Source: an archaeon
GTDB lineage: Archaea > Iainarchaeota > Iainarchaeia > Iainarchaeales > JANQMZ01
Reading direction: 5' to 3'
Assembly: GCA_028279805.1 (NCBI GenBank)
Contig: JANQMZ010000007.1
Coordinates: forward strand, 729,092-793,091
Length of the DNA stretch: 64,000 nucleotides
The translations under genes and the position numbers were made by a program. The notes under the pieces are model-generated. The model was not told the DNA's origin. It was given only the letters and a program-made list of their open reading frames with translations, and did not search any database. Positions 55,636 to 64,000 of this stretch are shown in pieces (position 1 is the first letter of the stretch; the number at the start of each line of letters is the position of its first letter).

Positions 55636-56943
55636 ATGGAAAGAATTCATTCAGGCAGAATTCCCGGTTTAAAAGGCCAAAAAATTTTGGTTTCAGGCTG
55701 GATTCATGACATCAGGGATTTTGGCAACTTAAAATTTTTAATTTTAAAAGACAAAGAAGGAACAATGCAAATAACAATTCCTGCAAAAAAAGCATCAAAA
55801 GAAGTTACAAGCATTGCAAGCCAGTTAACAAAAGAGTCAGTCATATCTGTTTTAGGAAATGTAAAAGAATCTGACAAAGCAAGACAAGGTTTTGAAATAA
55901 TTCCTGAAAAAATTGAATTATTGTCAAAATCTGAAACACCTGTTCCAATTGACATGAGTAAAAAAATTGAATCTGATTTGTCAACAAGATTGGATTACAG
56001 GTTTCTGGATGTAAGGAATGAAAAAAGCATTGCATTATTTAAAATTCGTTCAAAAATGTTGAATCTTATTACAAACTTTTTTGATTCAAACAATTTTGTT
56101 GCAATTAACACTCCCAAAATAACATCTTCAGGAGTTGAATCAGGTTCAGAATTATTCAAAGTTGACTATTTTGGAAAAAACGCTTTTTTGGCTCAAAGCC
56201 CGCAAATTTACAAGCAAATGTTTGTTGCGGCTGGATTTGAAAAAGTTTATGAAATCGGTTCAGTTTTTCGCGCAGAAAAATCTAACACTTCAAGGCATGT
56301 GACAGAATTTATCGGAATTGATTTTGAACAGGGCTTTATTAAAGATGAACATGATGCAATGGATACAGCAGAACAGTTAATGGTTTACTTGGTTGAGGGC
56401 ATTGAAAAAGAATTAAAAGATGAATTAAAATTATGGGAAAGAAAACCTGTTAAAATGAAAAAATTTCCAAGAATCAGTTTTGAAAAAGCGGTTGAATTGC
56501 TGGCTGATGAAGGCAAAAAAATTCCAAAAAATGAAGATTTTGACCCTGAAGCTGAAAAACTTTTAAGCAAAATTATTCTGGAAAAACAAAAATCAGAATT
56601 TGTTTTCATTTACAATTATCCTTACGTTAAAAGGCCTTTTTATCACATGAAACCTGAAAAAGATTCTCATGGCACCAAATCTTTTGATTTGCTGTGGAAC
56701 GGCCTTGAAATTGGCACAGGAGCCCAAAGAGAACATCGTTATGACATTTTAAAAAAACAGGCAAAAGAAAAAGGCATTAATCTTGATGAAATGCAGGATT
56801 ATGCCAAAATTTTTCAATATGGCTGCCCTCCTCACGGGGGAATGGGTTTGGGTCTGGACAGGTTTGTTGAAGCTTTTTTAAAACTTGACAACATCAGAGA
56901 AGCAATTTTGTTGCCAAGAGACCCTGAGAGGCTGACTCCATGA
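55636..56943 (+). CDS. aspS: aspartyl-tRNA synthetase (archaeal type)
   Basis: N-terminal OB domain (KILVSGWIHDIRDFGNLKFLILKD), FRAEKSNTSRHVTEFIGIDFE and GMGLGLDRFVEAFL class-II motifs; start at Met MERIHSG. Confidence 0.85.
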   Translation: MERIHSGRIPGLKGQKILVSGWIHDIRDFGNLKFLILKDKEGTMQITIPAKKASKEVTSIASQLTKESVISVLGNVKESDKARQGFEIIPEKIELLSKSETPVPIDMSKKIESDLSTRLDYRFLDVRNEKSIALFKIRSKMLNLITNFFDSNNFVAINTPKITSSGVESGSELFKVDYFGKNAFLAQSPQIYKQMFVAAGFEKVYEIGSVFRAEKSNTSRHVTEFIGIDFEQGFIKDEHDAMDTAEQLMVYLVEGIEKELKDELKLWERKPVKMKKFPRISFEKAVELLADEGKKIPKNEDFDPEAEKLLSKIILEKQKSEFVFIYNYPYVKRPFYHMKPEKDSHGTKSFDLLWNGLEIGTGAQREHRYDILKKQAKEKGINLDEMQDYAKIFQYGCPPHGGMGLGLDRFVEAFLKLDNIREAILLPRDPERLTP

Positions 56944-58256
56944 AAGAATTAAATTATTTGGAAAAAGACATTTCAAAAATTTCACAAATATTAAAAAAAG
57001 GCAAAGGCTCATTTAAAACAAGAGGCTGGTTTAAAAGAAAAAGAGAATTAAAAAACAAGATTTTTTTTATTTTATTTGATGAAACAAGTGAATTGCAATG
57101 TGTGGTTGACAGGGATAAAGCTTTGAAAGATTTAATTAAGGATGCTGAAAAAGTTACAATTCAGTCAAGTGTTGAACTGGAAGGCCAATTAAAAAAAGAT
57201 GAGCGTGCCCCTGACGGATTTGAATTGCAGATTAAAAAAATGCACATTGTTGGTTTGGCTCAAGATTTTCCAATCGGGAAAGATTTATCAACAGAATTTT
57301 TAATGGACGTTCGCCATTTATGGTTAAGAAGTGCAAAAATGCGTGACGCTTTAAAAGTCAGGGCAACTGTTTTTGATTCTTTCAGAAAATTTATGGAAAA
57401 AGAAAATGTTGTTGAAACACAGGGAGCAATGTTTGTATCCGGTTCTGTGGAAGGGGGTTCAACATTGTTTGAGGTTCCATATTTTGGAAAAAAAGCTTTT
57501 CTGACACAGTCAAGCCAGTTTTATTTGGAAGTGTTAATGCATTCTCTTGGAAAAGTTTATACGATTGCTCCGTCTTTTCGTGCTGAAAAATCCAAAACAA
57601 GGCGCCATTTAACAGAATTCTGGCATGCAGAAGTTGAACTGCCCTGGGCGCATTTGGAAGACATTATTGATTTTGAGGAAAGAATGATTAAATTTATGGT
57701 TAAAACCGTTGTTGAAAAAAATTCAAAAGAATTAAAGGCTTTAGGCAGAAACACTGAAGATTTAATGCCAACAATTGAACAAAAATTTCACAGAAAAAAA
57801 TACAAAGATGTAGTAAAAGATGCTATGAAAAAATTTTCATACTTAAAACACGGTTCCGATTTGGGTGAAAAAGAGGAAAGGGAGATAACCAAAAGCCTGA
57901 AAAAACCCCTTATTATTACCCATTATCCTGATTCTTTGAAGCCTTTTTATCATCGACGCAACCCTGATAATCCGAAAGAAATTTTATGCAATGACATTCT
58001 GGCACCTGAAGGTTTTGGTGAGATTATCGGTTCTGGTGAAAGGGTGTGGAATGAAAAAAAACTGGTTGAACAAATTAAAAAAGACAAATTAAACCCGGAA
58101 GACTATCAATGGTATGTTGATTTGAGAAAATTTGGCTCCGTGCCAAGAGCCGGCTTTGGAATGGGTCTGGACCGGTTTACTGCATGGATTGTTAACGCGG
58201 AACACATCAGGGATGTAATTCCTTTGCCCAGAACCATGAACAGAATTGCTCCATGA
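56940..58256 (+). CDS. asnS: asparaginyl-tRNA synthetase
   Basis: FRAEKSKTRRHLTEFWHAEVELPWA (AsnRS-type EFW) and GFGMGLDRFTAWI; overlaps aspS by 4 nt. Confidence 0.8.
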   Translation: MKELNYLEKDISKISQILKKGKGSFKTRGWFKRKRELKNKIFFILFDETSELQCVVDRDKALKDLIKDAEKVTIQSSVELEGQLKKDERAPDGFELQIKKMHIVGLAQDFPIGKDLSTEFLMDVRHLWLRSAKMRDALKVRATVFDSFRKFMEKENVVETQGAMFVSGSVEGGSTLFEVPYFGKKAFLTQSSQFYLEVLMHSLGKVYTIAPSFRAEKSKTRRHLTEFWHAEVELPWAHLEDIIDFEERMIKFMVKTVVEKNSKELKALGRNTEDLMPTIEQKFHRKKYKDVVKDAMKKFSYLKHGSDLGEKEEREITKSLKKPLIITHYPDSLKPFYHRRNPDNPKEILCNDILAPEGFGEIIGSGERVWNEKKLVEQIKKDKLNPEDYQWYVDLRKFGSVPRAGFGMGLDRFTAWIVNAEHIRDVIPLPRTMNRIAP

Positions 58257-59035
58257 TGCTTATGAGAGAACTTGAACTTGCAAAAAAAGCAGCTTTGGTT
58301 GGCGGCAAAGAAGCATTAAAATATTTTGGCAAAATAAAAAAAGTTTCTCAAAAAACTTCTTTTGGAGATTTTGCAACAAAAGCGGATATTGCAGCTGAAA
58401 AAAAAATTTTATCAATTATAAAAAAACGTTTTCCCGAACACGATATTGTTGCCGAAGAATCGGGCTTGCAAAAATCAGAATCAGATTTTACATGGTTTGT
58501 TGACCCGATTGATGGAACCACAAACTTTTTTCATAAAAATCCTTTTTTTTGCTGTTCTGTTGCTTTGAGGAAAAAAAACAAATTTGTTGTTGGGGCAGTC
58601 TATGATCCTATAAGAAAAGAATTATTTCACGCTGCAAAAGGCAAAGGCGCTTTTTTAAACGGAAAACGCATAAAAGTTTCAAATGCTTCAAAATTAAACC
58701 AATGCCTTGGAGCAACAGGTTTTGCTTATGACCGAAAAAATTTAATGAAAAAAAATTTAAAACTTGTTCAAAAAATTTTGCCGCAAATTCATGGCATAAG
58801 AAGGGACGGGGCTGCTGCCCTTGATTTGTGTTATGTTGCTTCAGGGCGCTTTGATTTATACTGGGAGTTCGGATTAAAACCATGGGATTTGGCTGCAGGA
58901 ATAGGAATAATAGAGGAAGCCGGAGGCAAAGTAACGGATGAAAAAGGCAAACCTGTTAAAAATTTAAAAAAATGGGTTGTTGCTTCAAATTCAAAAGTGC
59001 ATTCAAAACTAATTAAAGAACTTGGATTCAAATAA
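58253..59035 (+). CDS. suhB: inositol-monophosphatase/FBPase family protein
   Basis: VAEESG...WFVDPIDGTTNF and WDLAAG motifs. Confidence 0.7.
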   Translation: MMLMRELELAKKAALVGGKEALKYFGKIKKVSQKTSFGDFATKADIAAEKKILSIIKKRFPEHDIVAEESGLQKSESDFTWFVDPIDGTTNFFHKNPFFCCSVALRKKNKFVVGAVYDPIRKELFHAAKGKGAFLNGKRIKVSNASKLNQCLGATGFAYDRKNLMKKNLKLVQKILPQIHGIRRDGAAALDLCYVASGRFDLYWEFGLKPWDLAAGIGIIEEAGGKVTDEKGKPVKNLKKWVVASNSKVHSKLIKELGFK

Positions 59036-59042
59036 TTTTTTT

Positions 59043-59441
59043 ATGAAAATAATTAAAATAAAAACAACTAAAAAAAATGAACTGGTTGACATTACTTCAA
59101 AAGTTGAGGAAATTATTTCAAAATCAAGCCTGGGCAAAGGGTTTTGTATTTTATACTGCCCTCACACTACAGCAGGAATAATAATAAATGAAGGAGCAGA
59201 TCCAAGCGTAAAAGAAGATATTTTAAACAAATTATCAGAATTGGTGCCTGAATCACCTGATTATAAGCATGCTGAAGGCAATTCAGATTCGCATATTAAG
59301 TCTTCACTGGTTGGGATAAGCAAAATTATTCCCTTTGAATCCGGAAAATTGTCACTTGGCACATGGCAGAGCATCTTTTTTGCAGAATTTGACGGTCCCC
59401 GTAACAGAACTCTTGAAACAGGCTTAATTAAGCAAATTTAA
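59043..59441 (+). CDS. YjbQ/UPF0047 family protein
   Basis: CPHTTAGIIINEGADPSVKEDI...GNSDSHIKSSLVGIS...LGTWQSIFFAEFDGPRNR matches YjbQ; start at internal Met after the suhB stop. Confidence 0.7.
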   Translation: MKIIKIKTTKKNELVDITSKVEEIISKSSLGKGFCILYCPHTTAGIIINEGADPSVKEDILNKLSELVPESPDYKHAEGNSDSHIKSSLVGISKIIPFESGKLSLGTWQSIFFAEFDGPRNRTLETGLIKQI

Positions 59442-59444
59442 TCC

Positions 59445-59602
59445 ATTTTTTATTGTACTAATTATTTGATTTTGTACCAAAAATGCTTTATAAATAAAAA
59501 ACAGCATATATTTTCATATAGTGTTCATTATCCCCCTGAAAGGCTTTGTTTCACCTCATTCTAAGGCCTTTCCCTTTTTATTTTTTATTGTACTAATTAT
59601 TG
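59445..59602. repeat. pair of perfect 22-nt direct repeats (ATTTTTTATTGTACTAATTATT) at 59445-59466 and 59581-59602 flanking a hairpin-containing spacer
   Basis: Exact match read in the sequence; spacer contains the GAAAGGC...GCCTTTC hairpin followed by a T-tract. Confidence 0.6.
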
Positions 59603-59610
59603 TTCGGTGA

Positions 59611-59925
59611 TTGTCCGTGGTATCATATGTTTGGGATTTTTTAAGACCTTTTACAACAGTTGCGCATGAATTTGCTTTGCCTATAAAGTTTTTGATTTTA
59701 TTGCTTTCACTGGCATTGCTTTTTATTTCCTTTCTGGCTTACAGAAAAGCTAAAAGCCGGAAATTTTTGTTTATTGCTTTGGCTTTTGCTTTTTTTGCAA
59801 TTAAATGGACTCTTAAAATTGTTGACATTTTTTTAAGCCCCGGTCTTTTTTTAGCTGATGCTACTGAAAATATTTTTGAATTGTTGATTTTTGTTTCATT
59901 GTTTTTAGCATTGTTTAAAAAATAG
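59611..59925 (+). CDS. small membrane protein
   Basis: 104 aa, 3 predicted TM helices; TTG start. Confidence 0.3.
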   Translation: MSVVSYVWDFLRPFTTVAHEFALPIKFLILLLSLALLFISFLAYRKAKSRKFLFIALAFAFFAIKWTLKIVDIFLSPGLFLADATENIFELLIFVSLFLALFKK

Positions 59926-59935
59926 GTGCTTTTTT

Positions 59936-60469
59936 GTGTTTGATGACCGTGAAAAAGTGTTAAAGCTTGAAGTCAGAAAAAAAATAATGAAAGAAATAGC
60001 AAAAAGCCCGGGCATTCATTTTAGAGAGCTTCAACGCAGAACAAAGCTTGCTGTTGGTTCATTGCAGTATCATTTGGATGTTTTGCAAAAAGTTCATTTA
60101 ATTAAAACGGTTAAAAAAGGAAAATTTGTCAGATTTTTTCCTGTAATAGGGGAACAAACAGAGGAAGAAAAAGAAACTTTGTCTTTTTTAAGAGATGATA
60201 GTGTTAGAAAAATTGTTTTGTTGTTATTGTCAAAAGAACAGGTGAACAATAAACAGATTTCTGATTTTTTGGCTTTAAGCCCTTCAACTGTTTCTTTTCA
60301 TTTGCAAAAACTTGAAGAAGGGGGTCTGATTGTAAAGCACAGGCAGGGAAGACAGACTTTTTTTTCCTTAATTGAACCTGAAAAAGCCAGAGAACTGTTA
60401 ATTGGTTATAAGAAAAGTTTTCTGGATGACATGGTTGACTCTTTTGTTGAGGTTTGGCAGGAAGTTTAA
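59936..60469 (+). CDS. ArsR-like transcriptional regulator with two winged-helix repeats
   Basis: Two wHTH segments (GIHFRELQRRTKLAVGSLQYHLDVLQK; ISDFLALSPSTVSFHLQKLEEGGLI). Confidence 0.5.
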   Translation: MFDDREKVLKLEVRKKIMKEIAKSPGIHFRELQRRTKLAVGSLQYHLDVLQKVHLIKTVKKGKFVRFFPVIGEQTEEEKETLSFLRDDSVRKIVLLLLSKEQVNNKQISDFLALSPSTVSFHLQKLEEGGLIVKHRQGRQTFFSLIEPEKARELLIGYKKSFLDDMVDSFVEVWQEV

Positions 60470-60837
60470 AAGAAAATCAGTCCTGCAAAAAACCCGGCCA
60501 CGCCGACAAGCACATCCATTATTTTATCCTGTAATTCTTCTTCAAAATGATGGTCTGATTTTTGTGCCAGTTGTACTTCAATAAATTCCCATGCAATTAT
60601 TATAAACAGTGCCAAAAAAATTTGTTTTGTAAAAAAACTTAGGGCAAATCCTCCCAAAAAATGCGGAATATTGTCAAACCACCAGTATTTTTTATACCAG
60701 TGTTGTTTTTTTCCAACAAGCGACACTAACAGGAATAATAAAAATATTAATATTATTCCGATATTAACCTGAATAAAAGAAAGCACGGCAAAAGCTATTG
60801 CCAACTGAACAATTATTCCCAAAGTGCTTCCAGTCAT
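60466..60837 (-). CDS. small membrane protein
   Basis: 123 aa, 3-4 predicted TM helices. Confidence 0.3.
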   Translation of the reverse strand: MTGSTLGIIVQLAIAFAVLSFIQVNIGIILIFLLFLLVSLVGKKQHWYKKYWWFDNIPHFLGGFALSFFTKQIFLALFIIIAWEFIEVQLAQKSDHHFEEELQDKIMDVLVGVAGFFAGLIFF

Positions 60838-60871
60838 GTTAAAATTGGATTAAAATTGTTTAAAAAAAGAG

Positions 60872-60945
60872 TGGGGAGGGCAAGATTTGAACTTGCGACC
60901 TCTCGATTATCAGTCGAGTGCTCCACCAAACTAAGCTACCCCCCC
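60872..60945 (-). tRNA. tRNA-Ile (GAU)
   Basis: Reverse complement: acceptor GGGGGGG/CCUCCCC (one G-U), anticodon stem CUCGA/UCGAG with loop CUGAUAA, T-arm GCAAGUUCAAAUCUUGC, A73. Confidence 0.8.
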
Positions 60946-60996
60946 ATTCAACCATGGTTTATTATTTAGTCTAAAACAGGTTTTTAAAGCTTAATT

Positions 60997-61770
60997 TTAT
61001 GTTCTTAATTTGTATCCTTTTCTGAATAAATGTAAATTGATTGAAAATGAAGCAACTGAAAGCAACAGAATCATTATAATGCCGATTAAAATATTTCCTT
61101 CATTTAAGCCGATCATGCTGTACCTTATTCCGTTTACAATGTGAAAAAACGGATTCCACCATGTGATTGTTTGCAGAATGGGGGGCAAAAATTTTATTGA
61201 ATGGAATACTCCGCCTAAAAATGTCAAAGGTGTTATCAAAAAAATTGTAAAAATTTCCACATGCTCAAACTCTGATGCCCACAACCCGACTGTTAATCCA
61301 AGTGATGCAAAAACAAAACTTGTAAGTATTAAAAAAAACAATAACAATGGCAGGTTAAAAATTATAACAGGTTTAAACAAAAGAGAAGTTAAATAAATTA
61401 GTATTCCCACAAGCAATCCTTTTATTACTCCTCCCAGAGTAAAACCTAAAACAATTTCTTTGTAAGACATTGGTGCTGTTAAAATATCTGAAACATGTCC
61501 CACAAATTTCATTAAAAATAATGAAAAAGCTGAATTTGAATAAGAACTTGTAATCATGTTCAAAGTAATCAAGCCCGGAATAAAAAACAAAATAAAATCA
61601 ATTCCTTCAATTTGCGGAATTCTCGGGCCTATAAAAAAACCAAAAATTATCATGAATAAAGCGGCATTCATTATTGGCGGTACAAATGTCTGAATTTTTA
61701 TTCTCATAAATCTTGCTATTTCTCTTTTTAACAATGTTTTAAACCCTGTCAAATTCTTCACGCACACCAC
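60997..61770 (-). CDS. ABC-2 type transporter permease
   Basis: 257 aa, 6 predicted TM helices; overlaps the ATPase gene. Confidence 0.6.
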   Translation of the reverse strand: MVCVKNLTGFKTLLKREIARFMRIKIQTFVPPIMNAALFMIIFGFFIGPRIPQIEGIDFILFFIPGLITLNMITSSYSNSAFSLFLMKFVGHVSDILTAPMSYKEIVLGFTLGGVIKGLLVGILIYLTSLLFKPVIIFNLPLLLFFLILTSFVFASLGLTVGLWASEFEHVEIFTIFLITPLTFLGGVFHSIKFLPPILQTITWWNPFFHIVNGIRYSMIGLNEGNILIGIIMILLLSVASFSINLHLFRKGYKLRT

Positions 61771-62683
61771 CCGTTATTTTCAAATAAATGTCTTCCAGTT
61801 GGTCTTTTACAATTTCAACATGTTTTACTCCTATTTTTTGAGCATTTAAAGCGTTCAAAACTTTTGATAATTCTACATCTGCATTTTTGCAAACAACTTC
61901 AAGAACATTTCCATTTTTTTTAAGTTCACATTTTATTTGTTTTTTTAATTTGTCAGGAATTTTGTCAAGTTTTTGGTTTAAAGTTATTTCAATTTTTTGA
62001 TTGCTCATGTTTTGTAAAAGATTTTCAGTTGAATCAACTTTTATCATTTCTCCTTTGTTAATGATTCCGATTGTATTGCAAAGTTTTTCAGCTTCTTCAA
62101 TGTAATGAGTTGTTAACAAAATTGTTATTCCTTCATTGTTAATTTTTTTAAAATAATTCCATAGTCTCCGCCTTAATTCAACATCTGTGCCCTCAGTGGG
62201 CTCATCCAAAATAATTAAATCTGGTTCGTGAACTAATGCTTTTGCAATTGTTAAACGCCTTTTCATCCCGCCTGACAATTCTCTGAACCTTGCATTTTCT
62301 TTTTCTTTTAAATCAAAAGCTTTTAGTAATTCTTCTGCTCTGGTTTCAGCATCTTTTTTTCCAATGCCAAAATATCCTGCTTGAAATTCCAGTATTTTTC
62401 TGACATTTAAAAAAGGGTCAAATGCAATATCCTGTCTTGACAATCCGATTAATCCTCTTGTTTTTTGATAATCTTTTATGACATCATATCCAAAAACTTT
62501 TATTGAGCCTGAATCAAAATTATTCAAACCAACAATTGATCTGATTGTTGTTGTTTTTCCGGCACCGTTTGGCCCCAGATAACCAAAAAAATCTCCTTTT
62601 TCTATTTCCAGATTAATGTTTTTTAAAGCCTGCAAACCGTTGTAAGATTTGTTTAATCCTTTAATTGATAAAGCGTTAACCAT
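61739..62683 (-). CDS. ABC transporter ATP-binding protein
   Basis: Walker A GPNGAGKTT, signature LSGGMKRRL, Walker B ILDEPT. Confidence 0.85.
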   Translation of the reverse strand: MVNALSIKGLNKSYNGLQALKNINLEIEKGDFFGYLGPNGAGKTTTIRSIVGLNNFDSGSIKVFGYDVIKDYQKTRGLIGLSRQDIAFDPFLNVRKILEFQAGYFGIGKKDAETRAEELLKAFDLKEKENARFRELSGGMKRRLTIAKALVHEPDLIILDEPTEGTDVELRRRLWNYFKKINNEGITILLTTHYIEEAEKLCNTIGIINKGEMIKVDSTENLLQNMSNQKIEITLNQKLDKIPDKLKKQIKCELKKNGNVLEVVCKNADVELSKVLNALNAQKIGVKHVEIVKDQLEDIYLKITGGVREEFDRV

Positions 62684-62740
62684 TAGACAAAAAAGCCATA
62701 AAACACTTTAAAACCTTACCAGCGCATTTTTACTATGTTT

Positions 62741-62813
62741 AGCCCCGTAGTGTAGAGGCCAAGCATTCAGGGCTTTGAACCCTGCGACGGGAGTTCGAAT
62801 CTCCCCGGGGCTA
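62741..62813 (+). tRNA. tRNA-Gln (UUG)
   Basis: Acceptor AGCCCCG/CGGGGCU, anticodon stem CAGGG/CCCUG with loop CUUUGAA, T-arm GGGAGUUCGAAUCUCCC, A73. Confidence 0.8.
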
Positions 62814-62846
62814 TATTTTTATTAATTTCAAAAGAGTTGTTTTTGC

Positions 62847-63080
62847 ATGGGAATCGGAGACAAAATCAGGAAATTTGTCACAGGGCAGACAAAAGAAGAA
62901 GAATTGCAGGAAAAAAAGCAAAAAGAAGAGCAAATTCAAAAATCAAAAACTGAGCCGCAAAGTGAGGAAGATGTTTGTGCTTTTTGCCAGCAGCCAAATC
63001 CTGATAAAAAATGGGCAGGACAGCTTTGGCATAAAAAGTGTTACAGAAAAATGAGAAACAAGGCAAAATCAATGCTTTAA
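62847..63080 (+). CDS. small C2HC zinc-finger-like hypothetical protein
   Basis: 77 aa, K/E-rich N-half then CAFCQQ...WHKKCY. Confidence 0.3.
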   Translation: MGIGDKIRKFVTGQTKEEELQEKKQKEEQIQKSKTEPQSEEDVCAFCQQPNPDKKWAGQLWHKKCYRKMRNKAKSML

Positions 63081-64000
63081 TTTTTTTTTCAGAATTTCAA
63101 TATTTTTAACAGGGCTTGGATTAACTTTGTACAATAATGCCAGATAATAAGAACAATAATCTCCTAAAAGCGAGGCATAAAAAAGTTTTTCCATTAAAGT
63201 TTTTCCTTTGACTTTTATTTCAATCACTTTTGAATGTTTTTTTATAATATTTTTTGCAACATTGATTCTTTTTTTTATTTTAACACTTTCTTTTGCATCC
63301 CTGAAAAAAACAAATACAAGTTTTCCTGAATTTTTATAACCAACAAGTTCATTATGTGTTAATTCGGGAAAAATGTTCCAGTGTGAAAAAGCTTTTGAGT
63401 TTTCAGCCAGTTGAGTGTGAAATCTTATTAAAACGGATTTGAACAAATATTGCCCGTAAATTATTGGTGTTTTGTTTTTGATTTGCAAAGCAAGATTTTT
63501 TCCTTGTTTTTCAAGTTCTTTGTTGTATTTGTTTAAAAATCTGTAAGTGTTTTCAAGTTCTTTGTTTTTTTTTGTCAAATTCAGTCTTTGCATTATCGCC
63601 ATCATTGGCACAAAACTGAATGCAAGCTGTGTTCTTGGAGGAAAACCGCCTGAAACTTTTAAAACATATTTTGATTTTTTTGCAAGCTTGCCGCCTGAAG
63701 TTATTGCTATAATGCTTGCTTTTTTCTTTTTAGCCTGTTTAAAGCCTGAAATTGTTTCTTCTGTATTTCCGGAATAGCTTACCGCGAAAAACAAAGTGTT
63801 TTTTGTAACTGTTGTCGGAATGCTGTAAGACTGGTTTACTTTTACCAGAATTTTGCTGTTCTTATGCATCAAATTTTTTATTATTTCTCCGCCGATGCCT
63901 GAACCGCCCATTCCCTGAATGCAGACATGGTCAAATTTCTTTTTTTTAAAAGACTGGGGAATTGGCCATTTTTTTCCGAATTCGTAAGCTTCTTTGAATT
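63069..64000 (-). CDS. bifunctional phosphoglucose/phosphomannose isomerase (SIS domain), 5'-truncated at the window edge
   Basis: Frame stays open upstream of Met 63911 to the window end (...DHVCIQGMGGSGIGGEII); SIS motif AVSYSGNTEET. Confidence 0.6.
   Translation of the reverse strand, partial: FKEAYEFGKKWPIPQSFKKKKFDHVCIQGMGGSGIGGEIIKNLMHKNSKILVKVNQSYSIPTTVTKNTLFFAVSYSGNTEETISGFKQAKKKKASIIAITSGGKLAKKSKYVLKVSGGFPPRTQLAFSFVPMMAIMQRLNLTKKNKELENTYRFLNKYNKELEKQGKNLALQIKNKTPIIYGQYLFKSVLIRFHTQLAENSKAFSHWNIFPELTHNELVGYKNSGKLVFVFFRDAKESVKIKKRINVAKNIIKKHSKVIEIKVKGKTLMEKLFYASLLGDYCSYYLALLYKVNPSPVKNIEILKKKLKH

Noticed and set aside
1-64000. CRISPR array, cas genes, reverse transcriptase / DGR, transposase, integrase, rRNA
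   Set aside because: No regularly spaced 25-40-nt repeats and no RT (YADD), DDE transposase, tyrosine/serine recombinase or rRNA-like GC-rich kilobase segment were seen. The only exact repeat found is the 22-nt pair at 59.4-59.6 kb.

Overview
The window is AT-rich (roughly 30% GC), densely packed, and carries many overlapping or abutting archaeal genes. The core-gene complement is typical of a small-genome DPANN-type archaeon, but lineage is an inference from sequence. Many genes have GGTG-type Shine-Dalgarno motifs and frequent TTG or GTG starts. All protein calls rest on motifs recalled and recognised in the six-frame translations; no database search was run.

Main blocks:
- A replication cluster: OB-fold ORF, two divergent PCNA paralogs, PriL, PriS, a GINS-like ORF.
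- The conserved rps27e-eIF2alpha pair.
- A GC-rich candidate S-layer glycoprotein gene with promoter and terminator, next to an AglH-like glycosyltransferase and a flippase-like membrane protein.
- TruD, aRF1, a UMP-kinase-like gene, Dph2, PEP synthase and L10e.
- A degenerate ThiI-like THUMP protein, Mre11 and acetyl-CoA synthetase.
- An eIF1A-Rio1-KH-Top6B-Top6A string plus eIF2beta.
- A presenilin-like intramembrane protease.
- An intact exosome/proteasome superoperon: pop5, psmA, sbds, rrp4, rrp41, rrp42, rpl37ae, rpoP, pcc1, pfdB.
- PurD, two beta-CASP MBL nucleases, endonuclease IV, fibrillarin plus an N-terminally truncated Nop5, GlyRS, tandem AspRS-AsnRS, an IMPase-family gene, YjbQ, an ABC transporter and a 5'-truncated PGI/PMI SIS-domain gene.
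- Five tRNAs: Cys-GCA, Arg-CCU, Thr-CGU, Ile-GAU and Gln-UUG.

No CRISPR array, reverse transcriptase, transposase, integrase or rRNA was found. The most notable observations:
- A Nop5 lacking its fibrillarin-binding N-terminal domain and coiled coil.
- Loss of zinc-ribbon cysteines in Csl4 and L37ae.
- Lys/Glu-rich low-complexity extensions and insertions in many informational proteins and in PEP synthase.
- Tandem divergent PCNAs.
- A GC-rich structured leader abutting tRNA-Arg.
- Tandem GC hairpins before tRNA-Thr.
- A 22-nt perfect direct repeat pair flanking a hairpin-containing 136-nt segment.
- An ORF with atypically high GC (the S-layer candidate).
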